This document shows, one piece after another, positions 40,480 to 53,878 of a stretch of 64,000 nucleotides of DNA. The position numbers and the translations under genes are program-made. Position 1 is the first letter of the stretch. Each line of letters starts with the position of its first letter. This DNA is from Eledone cirrhosa (taxonomy: Eukaryota): contig OZ024759.1 of assembly GCA_964016885.1 (NCBI GenBank), forward strand, positions 18,104,001 to 18,168,000, in the 5' to 3' direction. The notes under the pieces are model-generated. The model was not told where the DNA came from and did not search any database. It saw nothing but the letters and a program-made list of their open reading frames with translations.

Positions 40480-41180
40480 CCAGTACATGTCGAATGCATT
40501 CCTCCAATTGAGTCAGAGGTTTTCGTTGCAAGATGTAAACTTCTTCCTACATCTACCTCAACTGGAAAAAGTTTCATGGCATTAAGTCAGGGCTTCTTAC
40601 TGGCTAGTCTTGTGGATCTCGCAACTCAGCCAATGTTCTGGAAATTGGACATCAAGCCACTCATGGACAGTGCATATAAAATGAGGTGGGGCGCCACCTT
40701 GCATGAATATGAGATAATTATGTCCCAAGTAGGGGCTCCCAAAGGAGCACTGAGTGAAATGTCAACTCTGGATGTCGGTGAGCATGTCCAGCTAACCTCA
40801 GTCTTCTCTGTGTCACTTTTGAGCTGACTTTTGGGATGCTCCCATGCAGCTCTGAGTTTTTCATCCTCAGTGTATACTGATTAATGTTCAGAGCCATCCT
40901 CAGCATTCTCATGTAGCACCCATCCACCATCTGAGTGGACACACTAGAAGAGGAAGACCAAGGTTAACGTATGTTGATGCCCTAAGGACAGACACTGGTC
41001 TGTTGGAGATGCAGGACATGGCAGCGATAATGAGGGACAGAGACTGCTGGAGAGAACTCGTCCATGGATCTCGGGAATTTTACCCACCTTTGATAGATAG
41101 ATAGATGTCCCAAGTGGTCACTGTATGCCAGAAGTTAAAAGTAAATTCCAATAAGGTGTTTCTTTCCACATACCCTGTAT
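40480..41180 (-). mobile_element. Tc1/mariner-superfamily transposase remnant interrupted by a LINE
   Basis: Minus strand reads IFMQGGAPPHFICTVHEWLDVQFPEHW...RSPDL (a QDGAPPH/SPDL-type catalytic region). TACAGGG-like terminus near 41179. Confidence 0.6.
40720..41115 (+). mobile_element. 5'-inverted RTE-related LINE insertion with an 11-bp TSD
   Basis: Minus-strand part VDGCYMRMLR...RRLRLAGHAHRHPE...LLWEPLLG and plus-strand part HTRRGRPRLTYVDAL...W with a (GATA)n tail. ATGTCCCAAGT occurs at 40720-40730 and 41105-41115. Confidence 0.85.
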
Positions 41181-41564
41181 ATCAACTGAGATATCAATAT
41201 ACACACCTATTGTGTATATTGTATTTATATATATATTGTGTATATATATATATATATATAGTATAGGAGGTGAGTTTTATGAGAACGCAAATATCATCCC
41301 ATGATGATATTTGTTTTTGAAATGCGCATAATAAAATACTTGGAACTCTTTTAACCATCTTTTGTTGATCTTATATTATATATATATACGAAGGAATTGT
41401 GGTAAGGAACCAGATGGACCATAACGCACCAGAGTACTCAATACTTAGGGTAGTAGAGTGAGAAATAGCCGTTGAAACGGCTTGAGCTCTGCCGTGGGGG
41501 GTCATACCTTTTCCTATATATATACATTATATATATATATATATACACATTATATATATATCAT

Positions 41565-41857
41565 CATTCATCATTTCATTTTACGTCTGCTTTTCCTTGC
41601 TTGCAAGGGTGGGATGGGAACTGATGCTGGGTTGATTTCTACAGCTGGATGCCCTTCCTAACACCAACCTCATTTACAGTGAGTGCTGGGTGCTTTTTTG
41701 CCGTGGCACCTCCACGACCACTCTACAGCTGAGTAAACTGGAGCAATGTGAAATAAAGTGTCTTGCTCAAGGAAACAACACATCACCCGGTCTGATAATT
41801 GAACTCACAACCTTTCGATTGCAAGGCCAATGCTCTAACCACTAAGCCATATGCCTC
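41565..41857 (-). mobile_element. SINE family 2
   Basis: Homology to 16735-17153, with TA flanks. Confidence 0.8.
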
Positions 41858-42158
41858 CATATATATATATATATATATACACACACATATATATACAAAC
41901 ATTATATATAATATACATTATATATATATATAGAGAGATAGATAATAAATATATACCCAACTATAAGGATATATATATATATAGAGAGAGAGAGATGGAT
42001 AATAAATATATACCCATCTATAAGGATATATATATATATAGAGAGAGAGATGGATAATAAATATATATCCAACTATAAGGATATATATATAGAGAGAGAG
42101 ATGGATAATAAATATATACCCAACTCTAAGGAAATATCTATGTATATTGTGTGTATAT

Positions 42159-42200
<42 letters not shown>

Positions 42201-42671
42201 ACAAATATATACCCAACTATAAAGCAAATCATGAATTAATAGTTGACACACGCATATACAAATAAAATGAGAACTGCTGCTTCTGACCTAATCACATTTG
42301 GAACGTTAATCTAGAACTTGGGTGATAAATTACTAGATATCAATTGAAAATGGAGGAAACTTGAAATTATAAGGATAGGAATATGACCTGGGTTTCTGAG
42401 AACCACTGGACTTACAAAGGTTTGAAAAGCTTGTTGGTGTTAATATGGTGATATGTTACTCGATGACAGTTGAAAATGGAGGATGAATTGAGTAGGCCTG
42501 GAATTGCAAAGAGATTAATTGAGGAAAATAGGGACTGCAAAGGGAGGAATATAACCTAGATCACTTAATAACACTGGATGATACAATTTTGGGGGTTTAT
42601 GAAACATGCTAATGTTAATATAGTGTTCAAGTGATAAATTACTAGATGACAATTCAAAATGGAGCTTGAAT

Positions 42672-42872
42672 TACCATGTATACTTAAATATAAGTTGATC
42701 TGAAAATAAGCCGACCCTACTATTTTATGTCCGAGAAATAGGCAAAAATCCAATTTATAAACCTAGGCAGCTAATCAACACATTATTTAGATGGTGTATA
42801 TAAGACAACCTCCCATTTTACCATCGATATTTTTATCACATATTACTCAGCTTATATTTGAGTATATACTAG
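42672..42872. mobile_element. Degenerate pogo/Tigger-like MITE
   Basis: Imperfect TIRs GTATACTTAAATATAAGTTGA and TCAGCTTATATTTGAGTATAT. Confidence 0.5.
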
Positions 42873-42874
42873 AG

Positions 42875-42907
<33 letters not shown>

Positions 42908-43202
42908 TTATTACTACTACTACTACTACCACTACTATTACTACTTCTACTACTAATAATAATAATAATTGGTTCTACTTTTGGCACAAGGCCAGCAAAT
43001 ACCCCAGTGCATTACTGGTACTTTATTTTATCGACTCCCGTAAGGATGAACGGCAAAGTTAACCTCGGCGGGATTTGAACTCAGAATGGCGAGGGCCGTA
43101 ACTCTATGCTGCAAAGCATGTCATCCGACCCTCTACCGATACTGCCAATCCACAGTTCTTTAATAATGGTTTCTTATATAGGCACAAGGCCAGCAATCAT
43201 AT

Positions 43203-44108
43203 CGTAAAGGGCCGTAACTCTATGTTGCACAGCATGGCATCCGACCCTCTACCGATACTGCTAATCCACAGTTCTATAATAATTGTTTCTACTTTAGTCA
43301 CAAAGGCCAGCAATAACCCAGTGCATTACTGGTACTTTATTTTATCGACCCCGGGATTTGAACTCAGACCGTAAAGGGCCGTAACTCTATGTTGCACAGC
43401 ATGGCATCCGACCCTCTACCGATACTGCTAATCCACAGTTCTATAATAATTGTTTCTACTTTAGTCACAAAGGCCAGCAATAACCCAGTGCATTACTGGT
43501 ACTTTATTTTATCGACCCCGGGATTTGAACTCAGACCGTAAAGGGCCGTAACTCTATGTTGCACAGCATGGCATCCGACCCTCTACCGATACTGCTAATC
43601 CACAGTTCTATAATAATTGTTTCTACTTTAGGCACAAGGCCAGCAATTATCCCAGTGCATTACTGGTACTTTATTTTATCGACCCCGGGATTTGAACTCA
43701 GACCGTAAATGGCCGTAACTCTATGTTGCACAGCATGGCATCCGACCCTCTACCGATACTGCTAATCCACAGTTCTATAATAATTGTTTCTACTTTAGGC
43801 ACAAGGCCAGCAATTATCCCAGTGCATTACTGGTACTTTATTTTATCGACCCCGGGATTTGAACTCAGACCGTAAAGGGCCGTAACTCTGTGTTGCACAG
43901 CATGGCATCCGACCCTCTACCGATACTGCTAATCCACAGTTCTATAATAATTGTTTCTACTTTAGTCACAAAGGCCAGCAATAACCCAGTGCATTACTGG
44001 TACTTTATTTTATCGACCCCGGGATTTGAACTCAGACCGTAAAGGACCCGTAACTCTGTGTTGCACAGCATGGCATCCGACCCTCTACCGATACTGCCAA
44101 TCCACCGC
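43203..44108 (-). repeat. Tandem array of a 167-bp SINE-derived unit, about 5.4 copies
   Basis: The unit marker GTAAA recurs at 43204, 43371, 43538, 43705, 43872 and 44039. Confidence 0.9.
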
Positions 44109-44339
44109 CCAGTTCTATAGTAACACTCCTGTGAGGTGATTGAAATATCAATAGAAAGAGAAAAACACAATTTTACCATTATTTATTTTTCACCTCACCT
44201 CATTAAAAAGACATTTGAAGTCCTGTTGTCTTATGTAACAAATAATTATCATTGATACTACTATTGTCAATCTTCCGCATCATCATCATCATCATCACCA
44301 CCTTTACCATCATTGTTGCCATCATCATCATCATCACTA

Positions 44340-44370
<31 letters not shown>

Positions 44371-44636
44371 CATCTCTCCTATTATCATTATCACTACAGT
44401 CATCAACATCATCACCACCATCATCATTAACAGCATTGCCTAGAAGTAGTAGTTGTAGTAGTAGTAGCAGCTGTAGTAGTAGTAGTAGCAGTAGCAGCAG
44501 CAGTAGTAGCAGTAGTAGTAGCAGTAGTAGTAGTAGCAGAGCAGCAGTAGTAGCAGCAGCAGCAGCAGCAGCAGTAGCAGCAGTAGTAGTATCAGTAGTA
44601 GCATCAGTAGCAGTAGCAGCAGTAGTAGTATCAGTA

Positions 44637-44836
44637 NNNNNNNNNNNNNNNNNNNNNNNNNNNNNNNNNNNNNNNNNNNNNNNNNNNNNNNNNNNNNNNN
44701 NNNNNNNNNNNNNNNNNNNNNNNNNNNNNNNNNNNNNNNNNNNNNNNNNNNNNNNNNNNNNNNNNNNNNNNNNNNNNNNNNNNNNNNNNNNNNNNNNNNN
44801 NNNNNNNNNNNNNNNNNNNNNNNNNNNNNNNNNNNN
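44637..44836. other. Assembly gap (200 N)
   Basis: Run of N directly after a (TAG/CAG)n repeat. Confidence 1.
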
Positions 44837-46589
44837 CCATTGCTTGATACTTTTGCATGAACATCACAGACGAAGCATTTTAGTCCTGCTAGGGACTTTC
44901 CTATAGTCAGCAATGCCATGCATCGCAAAAAATGTTGCATATTAAGCGATGCCTGTGCTTGAAGATTTTTTAAGTGAGGAAAGACATTGCATGGGGCCAA
45001 TTTCACTCTGAACATCATTTCATTTCATTTCATTTGAGTTTGAGTCCATGCTCAGGCCAAGTCGAAGACCCACATCGAAAGCATTTACCCAAAAAGTAGA
45101 TGTAATCTTCATCACTGGATGCAAATGAATTCAGAGGTTTTATACCAGAGTGAGCTTCTCCTAGAGAGATGTCTTAATGAAGACTAGGAGTCTGTCAATT
45201 TATTGGATGGCTATTGACTCTCCTGAGTTCCTTTGCCCTTTGTCTTGTTTTTCATACTGCAGGGTGTACAAAATCACCCTCCTCCCCAAGGAAGCTTGTT
45301 GGGGTTACCAATGACTGGACCGTGCACAAGTTGTACTGGGTTACATGTTACCAGTAGTGCTGAAGATGGACCTGACATAACATACATACAGGCAGCCAGT
45401 CAGACAAACACATACACACATACATATATACCCAGGCAAAGTGGGGAGGGGGTTAACCCTGTGATGAACTGGTGTACTGTCCAGGCTGAATTCTTGTGCT
45501 CTCATACACTTAATGCCAATGAAGTCGGATTATGCACCAACCTGATGAGCCCCCAGACTTGAGAGAAGCTAGTAGTTAGGATTTTGAATTCTTCGACCAC
45601 CACCAAAATAACCAGCACCCCCATCACCACCACCACCACGAGAACAGCAAAAGCAACAACAACCACAACCACCACTGCTGCCACCAACACCAACACCACA
45701 AGAATCTGAAGTCAATTCCTGCTATTAAAACAGGATTAGGGGGAATTTATTGAAAAATATACACAAAACAAAATAATACTTGCATAATTTTCGTTTTTGC
45801 AATTGTCTTTTCATTTTGTTTTATTGTGTGTGGAAGGAATACTAATGGTTTAAATGAAAGATTAAATTCTTTGAATCAAAGAGATTATAAGATTGAGATG
45901 GGTCTTTCTGACAATAATTGAGGTATAAGGGAGAGAGAAAGAGAGATTTTCATTAAAATCTGGTTTTTCATTCAAAATGAAATAGGCAATATCAACAGTC
46001 TTTTCTCTCCAGTGTTTTAAATAGTTTTATATAAGAGGAGAAAGGGCAATCAGTGACATGGCCTTTTATTAAGGTCTTCTAGAAGGCAGTGGATTGGCAG
46101 AATCGGTAGAGCACCGGATACCATGCTTCATGGCACACAGTTGCAGCTTTTTACCTCTGAGTTCAAATCCTGCCAAGATGAGCTTTTCTTTCATCCTTAC
46201 GGGATCGATAAAATAAAGTAGCAATACTGCACTGGGATCGATTTAATCGACTTTCCCTTCTCCCCCAAATCATTGGCCTTGTGCCTGAATCAGAAACAAT
46301 TAAGGTCTTATAGGAGTATGAAGGGAATACAAAAGATATGGGGCCACTTTGGTAAATGTATGTTTAACTCTTTAGCATTTAAACCAGCTGTATCCGACCA
46401 GAATTCTCTCACCTCTTTCTGTTCAAACCAGCCGTAGCTGACCACATTTACAGGTCTGTGGTAATGTATGGAAGGGCAGGGGATATAGAAAAAGTGGGTA
46501 AGACAATTGGAGAAATGCCACTGAGGTCACCATAGAGGCCATGGAGAAGAACATAGGGGAATAAACATGCAGAAGTGGCAAATTAATAA

Positions 46590-46778
46590 TTATTTCTACT
46601 TTAGGCACAAGGCCAGCAATTTACCCAGTGCATTACTGGTACTTTATTTTATCGACCCCCGTAAGGATGAAAGGCAAAGAGTCAACCTCGGCGGGATTTG
46701 AACTCAGATCATAAAGGGACGTAACTATGCTGGAAAGCATGGCGTCAAACCCTCTACCGATACTGCCAATCCACCGCC
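46590..46778 (-). mobile_element. tRNA-derived SINE family 1, full length
   Basis: Nearly identical to 61166-61341. Confidence 0.85.
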
Positions 46779-47677
46779 CTTGGCAAATTAATAATGGATG
46801 AGAACTACATGGAGCAGAGTGGCTGTTATGGCTGGTCTGCACACATGTACACTTCCTCTGTCAGATTCACAAACAACATAGGAAAATTTCATGAGATAAG
46901 AACCTCACATTTTTCTATGTTCATCATTTATCATTTTCAAGGTCTTAACATTGAAATATCATGAAATATTTTAGGTAAAAACATTATTTTATCTTCAGTT
47001 GTCATCTTTTTGACTCCAGTGCCATCTCTATATTTCCATCAGCATCGTACCGGCTTTCCAAACACACTATTATTTATTGATAAATAGTGAAATCTGCTGG
47101 CTATTGAGCTTCATTACTCTCTCCTCTGTTTTTCATAACTCTCTCTTTTACCATCACTCTCTCTCTCTCTTTCTTTGTTGTCTCTTCTACAAATGCTGTC
47201 TCTCTTCCTTTCCTAGTCCTTCTTCCTTTCCTTGTCCTTCTAACTTTCCTCCCTCCTTTCCCAACACCTGTCTCTCTCCCTTTCCATCTTTTACCATCAC
47301 TGTTTCTCTTCCTTTGCTCCATTTTTTTTTACCATGTATGTATATCTTTTGCTAATGTCTATCAGAGAAGGATATATGGTAGTTGGCAGGAAAAAAATAA
47401 GAAAGAAAGAAAAACGGCATTTTACTAACGAACAAGCTTGAGATATTTGTTCTATGTGTTGAACACTTGCTAGCAGAGAATGTGGTCCTTAAATGGTGAT
47501 TGAGTTCAGAGAACATTCCTTCTCAGTCTCAGGGATTCAGTGAACAAGTGGTTAGACTCTAGGAAACCTATAACTAATGAAGCTAAAGTTTTTTAATTGT
47601 GATATCATCTTATCTCATCTCATCTCAGCTGATCTTCTGATCAAACCAAGGAAACATATCCATACTAGATGTGATGT

Positions 47678-48425
47678 ATTGATCCAACATTGCTGTTTGT
47701 ATTTTCTAAAATCATCCTTAGAATGGTTTCTTTTTTTCTTGACTCACCATTGCTGTTTGGTTTTTAAATATAAGCCTCAGACTGAAATATTTTTCTGTTG
47801 ATCCACCATTGCTGTTTGTATGTCTAATATCATTCTCAGACTGATCTCTTTTTCTCTTGATCCACCATTCCTGTTTGTGTCTCAAATATCATTCTCAGAC
47901 TCATCTCTTTTTATCTTGATCCACCATTGGTGTTTGTGTTTTAAATATCAGCTTCAGAATCATCTCTTTTATTTTCTTGATCTACCATTGCTGTTTGTAT
48001 TTCAAATATTCTGAGACTGATCTCTTTCTGTTGAACCACCATTGCTGTGTGTATGTCTAATATCATCTTCAGACTGATCTCTCTTTCACTTGACCCACCA
48101 TTGCCGTTTGTATTTCTAATATCATTCTGAGACTGATCTCTTTACCTCTTGATCCACCATTCCTGTTTGTGTCTCAAATATCATTCTCAGACTCATCTCT
48201 TTTTCTTTTTTGATCGCACAATTGCTGTTTGTATATCTAATATCATTCTCAGATTGATCTCTTTTTCTCTTGATCCACCATTACTGTTTGTATGTCTAAT
48301 ATCATCCTCAGTTTGGTTTCTTTTTATTTTGATCCACCATTGCTGTTTGTGTTTCAAATATCATTCTCAGACTGATCTCTTTTTATCTTGATCCACATCA
48401 TCACTATTTGTATTTCTGATATCAC
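47678..48425. repeat. Diverged ~60-bp tandem repeat, about 12 copies
   Basis: Periodic TTGATCCACCATTGCTGTTTGT...ATATCATTCTCAGACTGATCTC. Confidence 0.85.
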
Positions 48426-49068
48426 CCCACCCCTTCTTATACAGCTCTTCATCTATAGGTAGCTATTTGTCTTTTACCTACTGTCTGTAGCAGGTAATTT
48501 AACCAGATAGATCTTGAAAATTTTCTAAGAAAAATAAAAACAGCAAAAAACAGATCAATTTTAATTAATTAACATGTCCAAATCACCGTTTGTTTGTTTT
48601 GTTTTGTTTTTATTCATTTGTTGTTGTTGATGTTGTTTTCTTTTGGTAGGGGGTAATTTTATTTTCTTGTGGGATTCCATCTTGATCAGAATTTGCCAGC
48701 AGGAGACACTGTTAAGAATTCAATGATGTAATAATTTTGAAATATTTATAGTTTTTGATGTTGATGATTTTGTTGTTTTAACATTATTGCATCAATTAAA
48801 TAAACAAACAAATAGAAGAAAATAGAAGTATTTAGTACAGAAACAACAACAATAACAATAATGATGATAACAAATAAACAAAGGGGAAATAAAAAGAAAT
48901 TTAGAATGAATTGGGAGAAGGAAGGATATGGAGAGAGAGAGAGATAGAAAGGTTATATATGTATATATATATATATAGAGAGAGAGAGATAGATAGATAG
49001 ATAAATAGAAACGTTATATATATATATATATAGAGAGAGAGAGTCAGAACAAGAAATAAATGTGTTTG

Positions 49069-49099
<31 letters not shown>

Positions 49100-49287
49100 T
49101 ATACACATATATATATATATATATTTATAAATATATGTGTGTGTGTATATATATATATGTGTATATATATATGTGTATATATATATATATACATATATAT
49201 ACATATATATATATACATATATATATATACATATATATATACATATATATACACACACACATATATTTATATATATGTATATATATT

Positions 49288-49337
<50 letters not shown>

Positions 49338-49346
49338 TATATATAC

Positions 49347-49377
<31 letters not shown>

Positions 49378-49421
49378 AATGTGTGTGTGTATATATGTAT
49401 GTATATATATATATGTATATA

Positions 49422-49543
<122 letters not shown>

Positions 49544-50684
49544 GAGTGGTATATATTGAGAGAAAGTGAGAGATAGAAAGATATTTAGAGAAAGAGAGAC
49601 AGAATGAAGTACAATTGGTAATGTTTCTCTGCGGAAGTTTATTGTACAAGATTATCCAAACAGTGTTTGGCATTAAAACATGAGAAAAAATAAAGCAAAA
49701 TTTCTTTCTGTTTTTTTTTTTTAACATCATCAAGATATCGAAGATTTAAATTGGAAGATAGCTAAATTTTTTCTATCTATTTATAGTTTTTACTTTTTCC
49801 CTCACTCAAAAAAAATGTGTTGTGAACCAAGGTAAAAACAACAACAATAGCAACTTTGACGACATCAATATGGCCAAAAAGAATGACTACGTGAGTTAAA
49901 TGAAGCAGGTTTCATGATGCCAAGTATCATAATATTAAGAAAGAAAGGATCCCAAAAATGGAATATCCATATTTGGTTCCAATGTTTGGCTGTTAATCAC
50001 CTCCCTCACCCTTGCTTTACATTCTTTACTCTTTTATTTACTTTACTTTGCTTCTTTCAGGGTAATGGATTGACAAAAGTTGTTTGAGTGTCAGACAAAT
50101 GGCTAGCAGTATTTGTTTCATATCTTTACATTCTGAGTTCAAATCCCACCCAGGTCAACTTTGCTTTTCATCCTGCCAAAAGTAGAGGGTCGGACGCCAT
50201 ACTTTGCAACATAGAGTTACGGACCTTTATGATCTGAGTTCAAATCCTGCCGAGCTTAACTTTGCCTTTCATCCTTATGGGGGCGATAAAATAAAGTACC
50301 AGTCACGAACTGAGGTCAATTTTAATCGACTTTCTCCCCCCCCCCCCCCCAAATTTGCTGGCCTTGTGCTTATAGTAGAAATCATTATTATTGTTATTAT
50401 CATTGGTGGATTGGCAGTACCGGTAGAGCATCAGACACCATGCTTTGCAGTATAGAGTTATGGCCCTTTACGTTCATCCTTATGGGGTCGATAAAATAAA
50501 GTACCAGTAATGAACTGGGATAATTGCTGGCCTTGTGCCAAAAGTAGAAACAACAATTACTATTATGGTTCATTTTTGTAAATCTCAGACACATAGATGT
50601 TAAACAATCTGGATATTTCAGTTAGCGTGCAGTCAACAACAAGTTGACAAAGGACCCTCGCTGTATTCTCTCCAGTGTCTTACA

Positions 50685-50950
50685 TAGACAAGACTTTCCT
50701 TAAAATCCTTGCTATACCAAGAAGTGCTACCTTCTGCTTGACCTTATATCTATTCCGATTGTATTTACACAGTCCTCAAAACTCTCCAATATGTATCTCA
50801 ATGCTCCAATCACCACTGGAATCACTAAAATCTTCATTCCCACAACTTTCCAACCTCCTCCTTCAGTGACCCATACTTCTCCATCCTTTACTCTACTATC
50901 TCTTGGGACAGGTATATAGATAATTTGAGACCCTTTTTTTCTTCTTGTAC
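50685..50950 (-). mobile_element. RLE-type (R2/R4-like) LINE C-terminal remnant
   Basis: KILVIPVVIGAL, followed by a frameshifted ALLGIARILRKVL-like end. Confidence 0.6.
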
Positions 50951-51899
50951 ACAACTAAAATGTCTGGCCTTGCCTCAATCATTCTATTGAATTGAATGGT
51001 GAAGGCCCACAAAAGCTTAAATTCGTCATTCTCTAACACCCATCCTGGTCTCTGCTCATACAATTTAGTTGCTCTGACAAAGCCACATTTGTCAGATATA
51101 ATCGAATTGATATATTTGGTAACATTGGCAGTGTTGGTAGAGGGTCGGACGCCATGTTTTGCAACATAGAGTTACGCCCCCTTGCGTTCTGAGTTCAAAT
51201 CCCGCTGAGGTTAACTTTGCCTTTCATCCTTACGGGGTCGATGAAATAAAGTACCAGTAACGTACTGGGATAATTGCTGGCCTTGTGCCAACAGTAGAAA
51301 CAATTATCTTGTTGTCTTTTGTACTCTCACTATGTTAACTTAACATATTCGCTTACAATATGTCTTGTTAAAGACATGACTATTTTTGACTAAGGGTAAC
51401 AGAATGAGGTGACAACTTATACAGAAAAGCCCCCTACAGAGACCTATTTGTACACTACAAATCAGTTCTTCCCCTCAGTCTATGACTATATTTCAGTTTT
51501 ATCTTTATTAGAACTTTCTCATATTTTCTTATAAGTCATCTTTTTTTTGTTTTGAACAACAAAGTTCCTAAGTCCATAAGTTAATTAGTATTTCTAGATT
51601 GTTACAGCCTCATCATCTGGGGTGTAATTAGCTTGTTTTTACTGTCTCTTTTATTACAGACAAATGTATTTTATAGTGATTTCTGTCATTCTTTCTTTCT
51701 TCACCATCATTCTAGATGTATCGATTATATTAAAGATTTAGGAGCTTTGTTGTTCTGAAGAGACTGTAGAGGCCTTCTTAGAAAAATACAAGAAGATTCT
51801 CTAATGAAGAAATAAAAACTTGAAAATAATCAAATCTTCAACAACACTTCTAAAGTAAAGTATGTTCCCCGTATACTTATATATATCCAGGGAGTGTAA

Positions 51900-52142
51900 C
51901 ATGAAGTTACTGTAGGTTCACCCAGTTGAACACTCAATGTTTAGGTTCATGTCAGAGGCGAGGTGTAGAGCTAGACAGAGTGTAATATATTAATTTAATT
52001 ATACAAGGACGATTTGTTAAGCCTTCATTATGTTTATTGATTGGCGATGCGTATCTCGCTACAGATCGAACCTTGAGCTGATCAATAGCGAAACGCACAT
52101 CACTAATCAATAAATGTAATGAAGGCTTAACAAATCGTCCTT
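51900..52142 (-). mobile_element. Fold-back PLE-like micro-element
   Basis: Inverted arms span 52005-52142, with CGAAACG and AATAAA in the arm. The minus-strand tail reads ACACTC...ATTGAGTGT. Confidence 0.6.
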
Positions 52143-52292
52143 CATCATCATCATCATCATCATCGTTTAACATCCATTTTCCACGCTAGCATGGGTCTAG
52201 ACGGGAATTGTCCACTTGAGGCAAGATTGGTTGTCTTGCTCAGGACTGTCTGGCATCCTTGTATTATTATATTATTATACTTTATATATATA

Positions 52293-53124
52293 CTAGCAGT
52301 AAAGCCCGGCGTTGCTCGGGGTCGCTCAGTAGCTGTGTTAAAGTTACAATGTTAAGTTTCTTTCTTGGCTTAAAAACTGTAGTGTCTACTGTGCAGACTT
52401 GCATGTGGTGTTTTTGATTAATATTCCCTCAACCAACAATATGCCTTATGAAGTTAAGAAAACATAACGATAACCCGAATGTTATAACAAAAGAGGATGC
52501 TGGGGATAAAAACTGCACTGGTTATTTATTAACAAAGATCGAAAATGTAAACACTGCAACGCAGAGAAAAACATTAGCGTAACCAAATTATCAGTTATGT
52601 CTGTCTGCACGCCTATATCACCTCTGCACGGCTGTCTGTCTGCACGCCTATATCACCTCTCTGCACGACTGTCTGTCTGCACGACTGTCTGTCTGCACGC
52701 CTAACGACGAAATATTTGCTTGTTTTACGTAGTCTTTAAATAGACTTGTTTTCAAGTAAAAATATTGTTTTAAAATGCTTTTAAATGGAAATGAAGCAAA
52801 ACGGAAGCTTAGTGTTCAACTGTTCGTGTATTGTGTTAATGTCATTTTAAACGCTGAGAAAGCCAGCGTAATTTTTTACGTAAGACGCTCAATGTAAACA
52901 GAACAAAGGGAAATAACTGATAACTTACGCTCAAAAATCGATACATTATATTCGATTTCGTCACATAGGGTGGGTCAATTTGAAATTTTTTTTTTTCCGA
53001 TATCTTCGCTAGGGCTCAATGTACAAGTATAGCAATTTCGGTGCAATTCCGTGAGAGATTCTAAGAGGAGATGTGTGCCAAAAATCGATAGACAGACAGA
53101 CAACCACAGTTTTATATATATAGA
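52293..53124 (-). mobile_element. Complete non-autonomous Helitron
   Basis: Minus strand starts A|TCTATATATATAAAA...GTCTGTCTGTC and ends with the hairpin CCCGAGC/aac/GCCGGG then CTAG|T. It is inserted between A and T with no TSD and has a CpG-rich interior. Confidence 0.85.
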
Positions 53125-53134
53125 TAGATATATT

Positions 53135-53350
53135 ATATTTATTAAAATAACAGATTAAAGTTTAAGCAAAGAATCGCTGCTTTCACCCTTAACGGGATTT
53201 TCAGAAGATCCCATTAAGGTTGAAAGCAACGATTCTTTGCTTAAACTTTAATCTGTTATTTTAATAAATATTTACTCTAGGGTTTTTATATATTTGAAAT
53301 ATATTTATCCTTATCGAGTCCTCTTTGGATTTTAGTCTTCAAATTTATTA
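53135..53350 (+). mobile_element. Fold-back PLE-like micro-element folded at a hammerhead-like core
   Basis: Palindrome 53135-53271, with CAGAAGA-TCCC...GAAA at 53202-53225. Tail ACTC (53274)...GAGT (53316). Confidence 0.6.
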
Positions 53351-53353
53351 CTA

Positions 53354-53405
<52 letters not shown>

Positions 53406-53679
53406 AAAGCCTGTGGTGCCAAGAGTGGTTAGATATAAATGAAGGTATACTTTCCTTTATATATATACAGTTGTTTGGTGTGTAATGTTCTGTTACGTTG
53501 ATCCTGTTATCAATCTAGGATTCACTCTTCATGTCATCCTCAGTTTTGGTATCCATAACAAGCAGAGTGTTAATCAATTGTTTCTACTTTTGGCACAAGG
53601 CCAGCAATTACCCCAGTGCATTACTGGTACTTCATTTTATCGACCCCCGTAAGGATGAAAGACAAAGTTAACCCCGGCT

Positions 53680-53878
53680 AATGGCAAGAACCAAATTCTA
53701 AGTGCTTACCAATGTGTCCTAACACGGAAGAGCTGAACTCCCAGTCGTCGCCTCCATCTCTCTCACCCTCCCCATCTCTCTGTATTATGAGCAAATGGGG
53801 TCCCACGTGCTGGCCAACCCACAGTCCTGGCAGACAGAATGGAGAAGGTGTTTCCACGGAGGATGGTAAGGAAGATGC
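53680..53878 (-). mobile_element. Possible CRE-like LINE 3' fragment inserted in a SINE
   Basis: About 200 bp splitting a family 1 SINE. Minus frame FLTILRGNTFSILSA resembles the QRGNA..IL terminus of CRE-type elements. Confidence 0.35.

Noticed and set aside
45541-45570. CTGATGAG as a hammerhead core
   Set aside because: No stem II closing onto GAAA; it lies in the tail of an old SINE.
51700-51870. Possible coding exon after a pyrimidine tract
   Set aside because: The frames I checked contain stops and there is no recognisable protein similarity.
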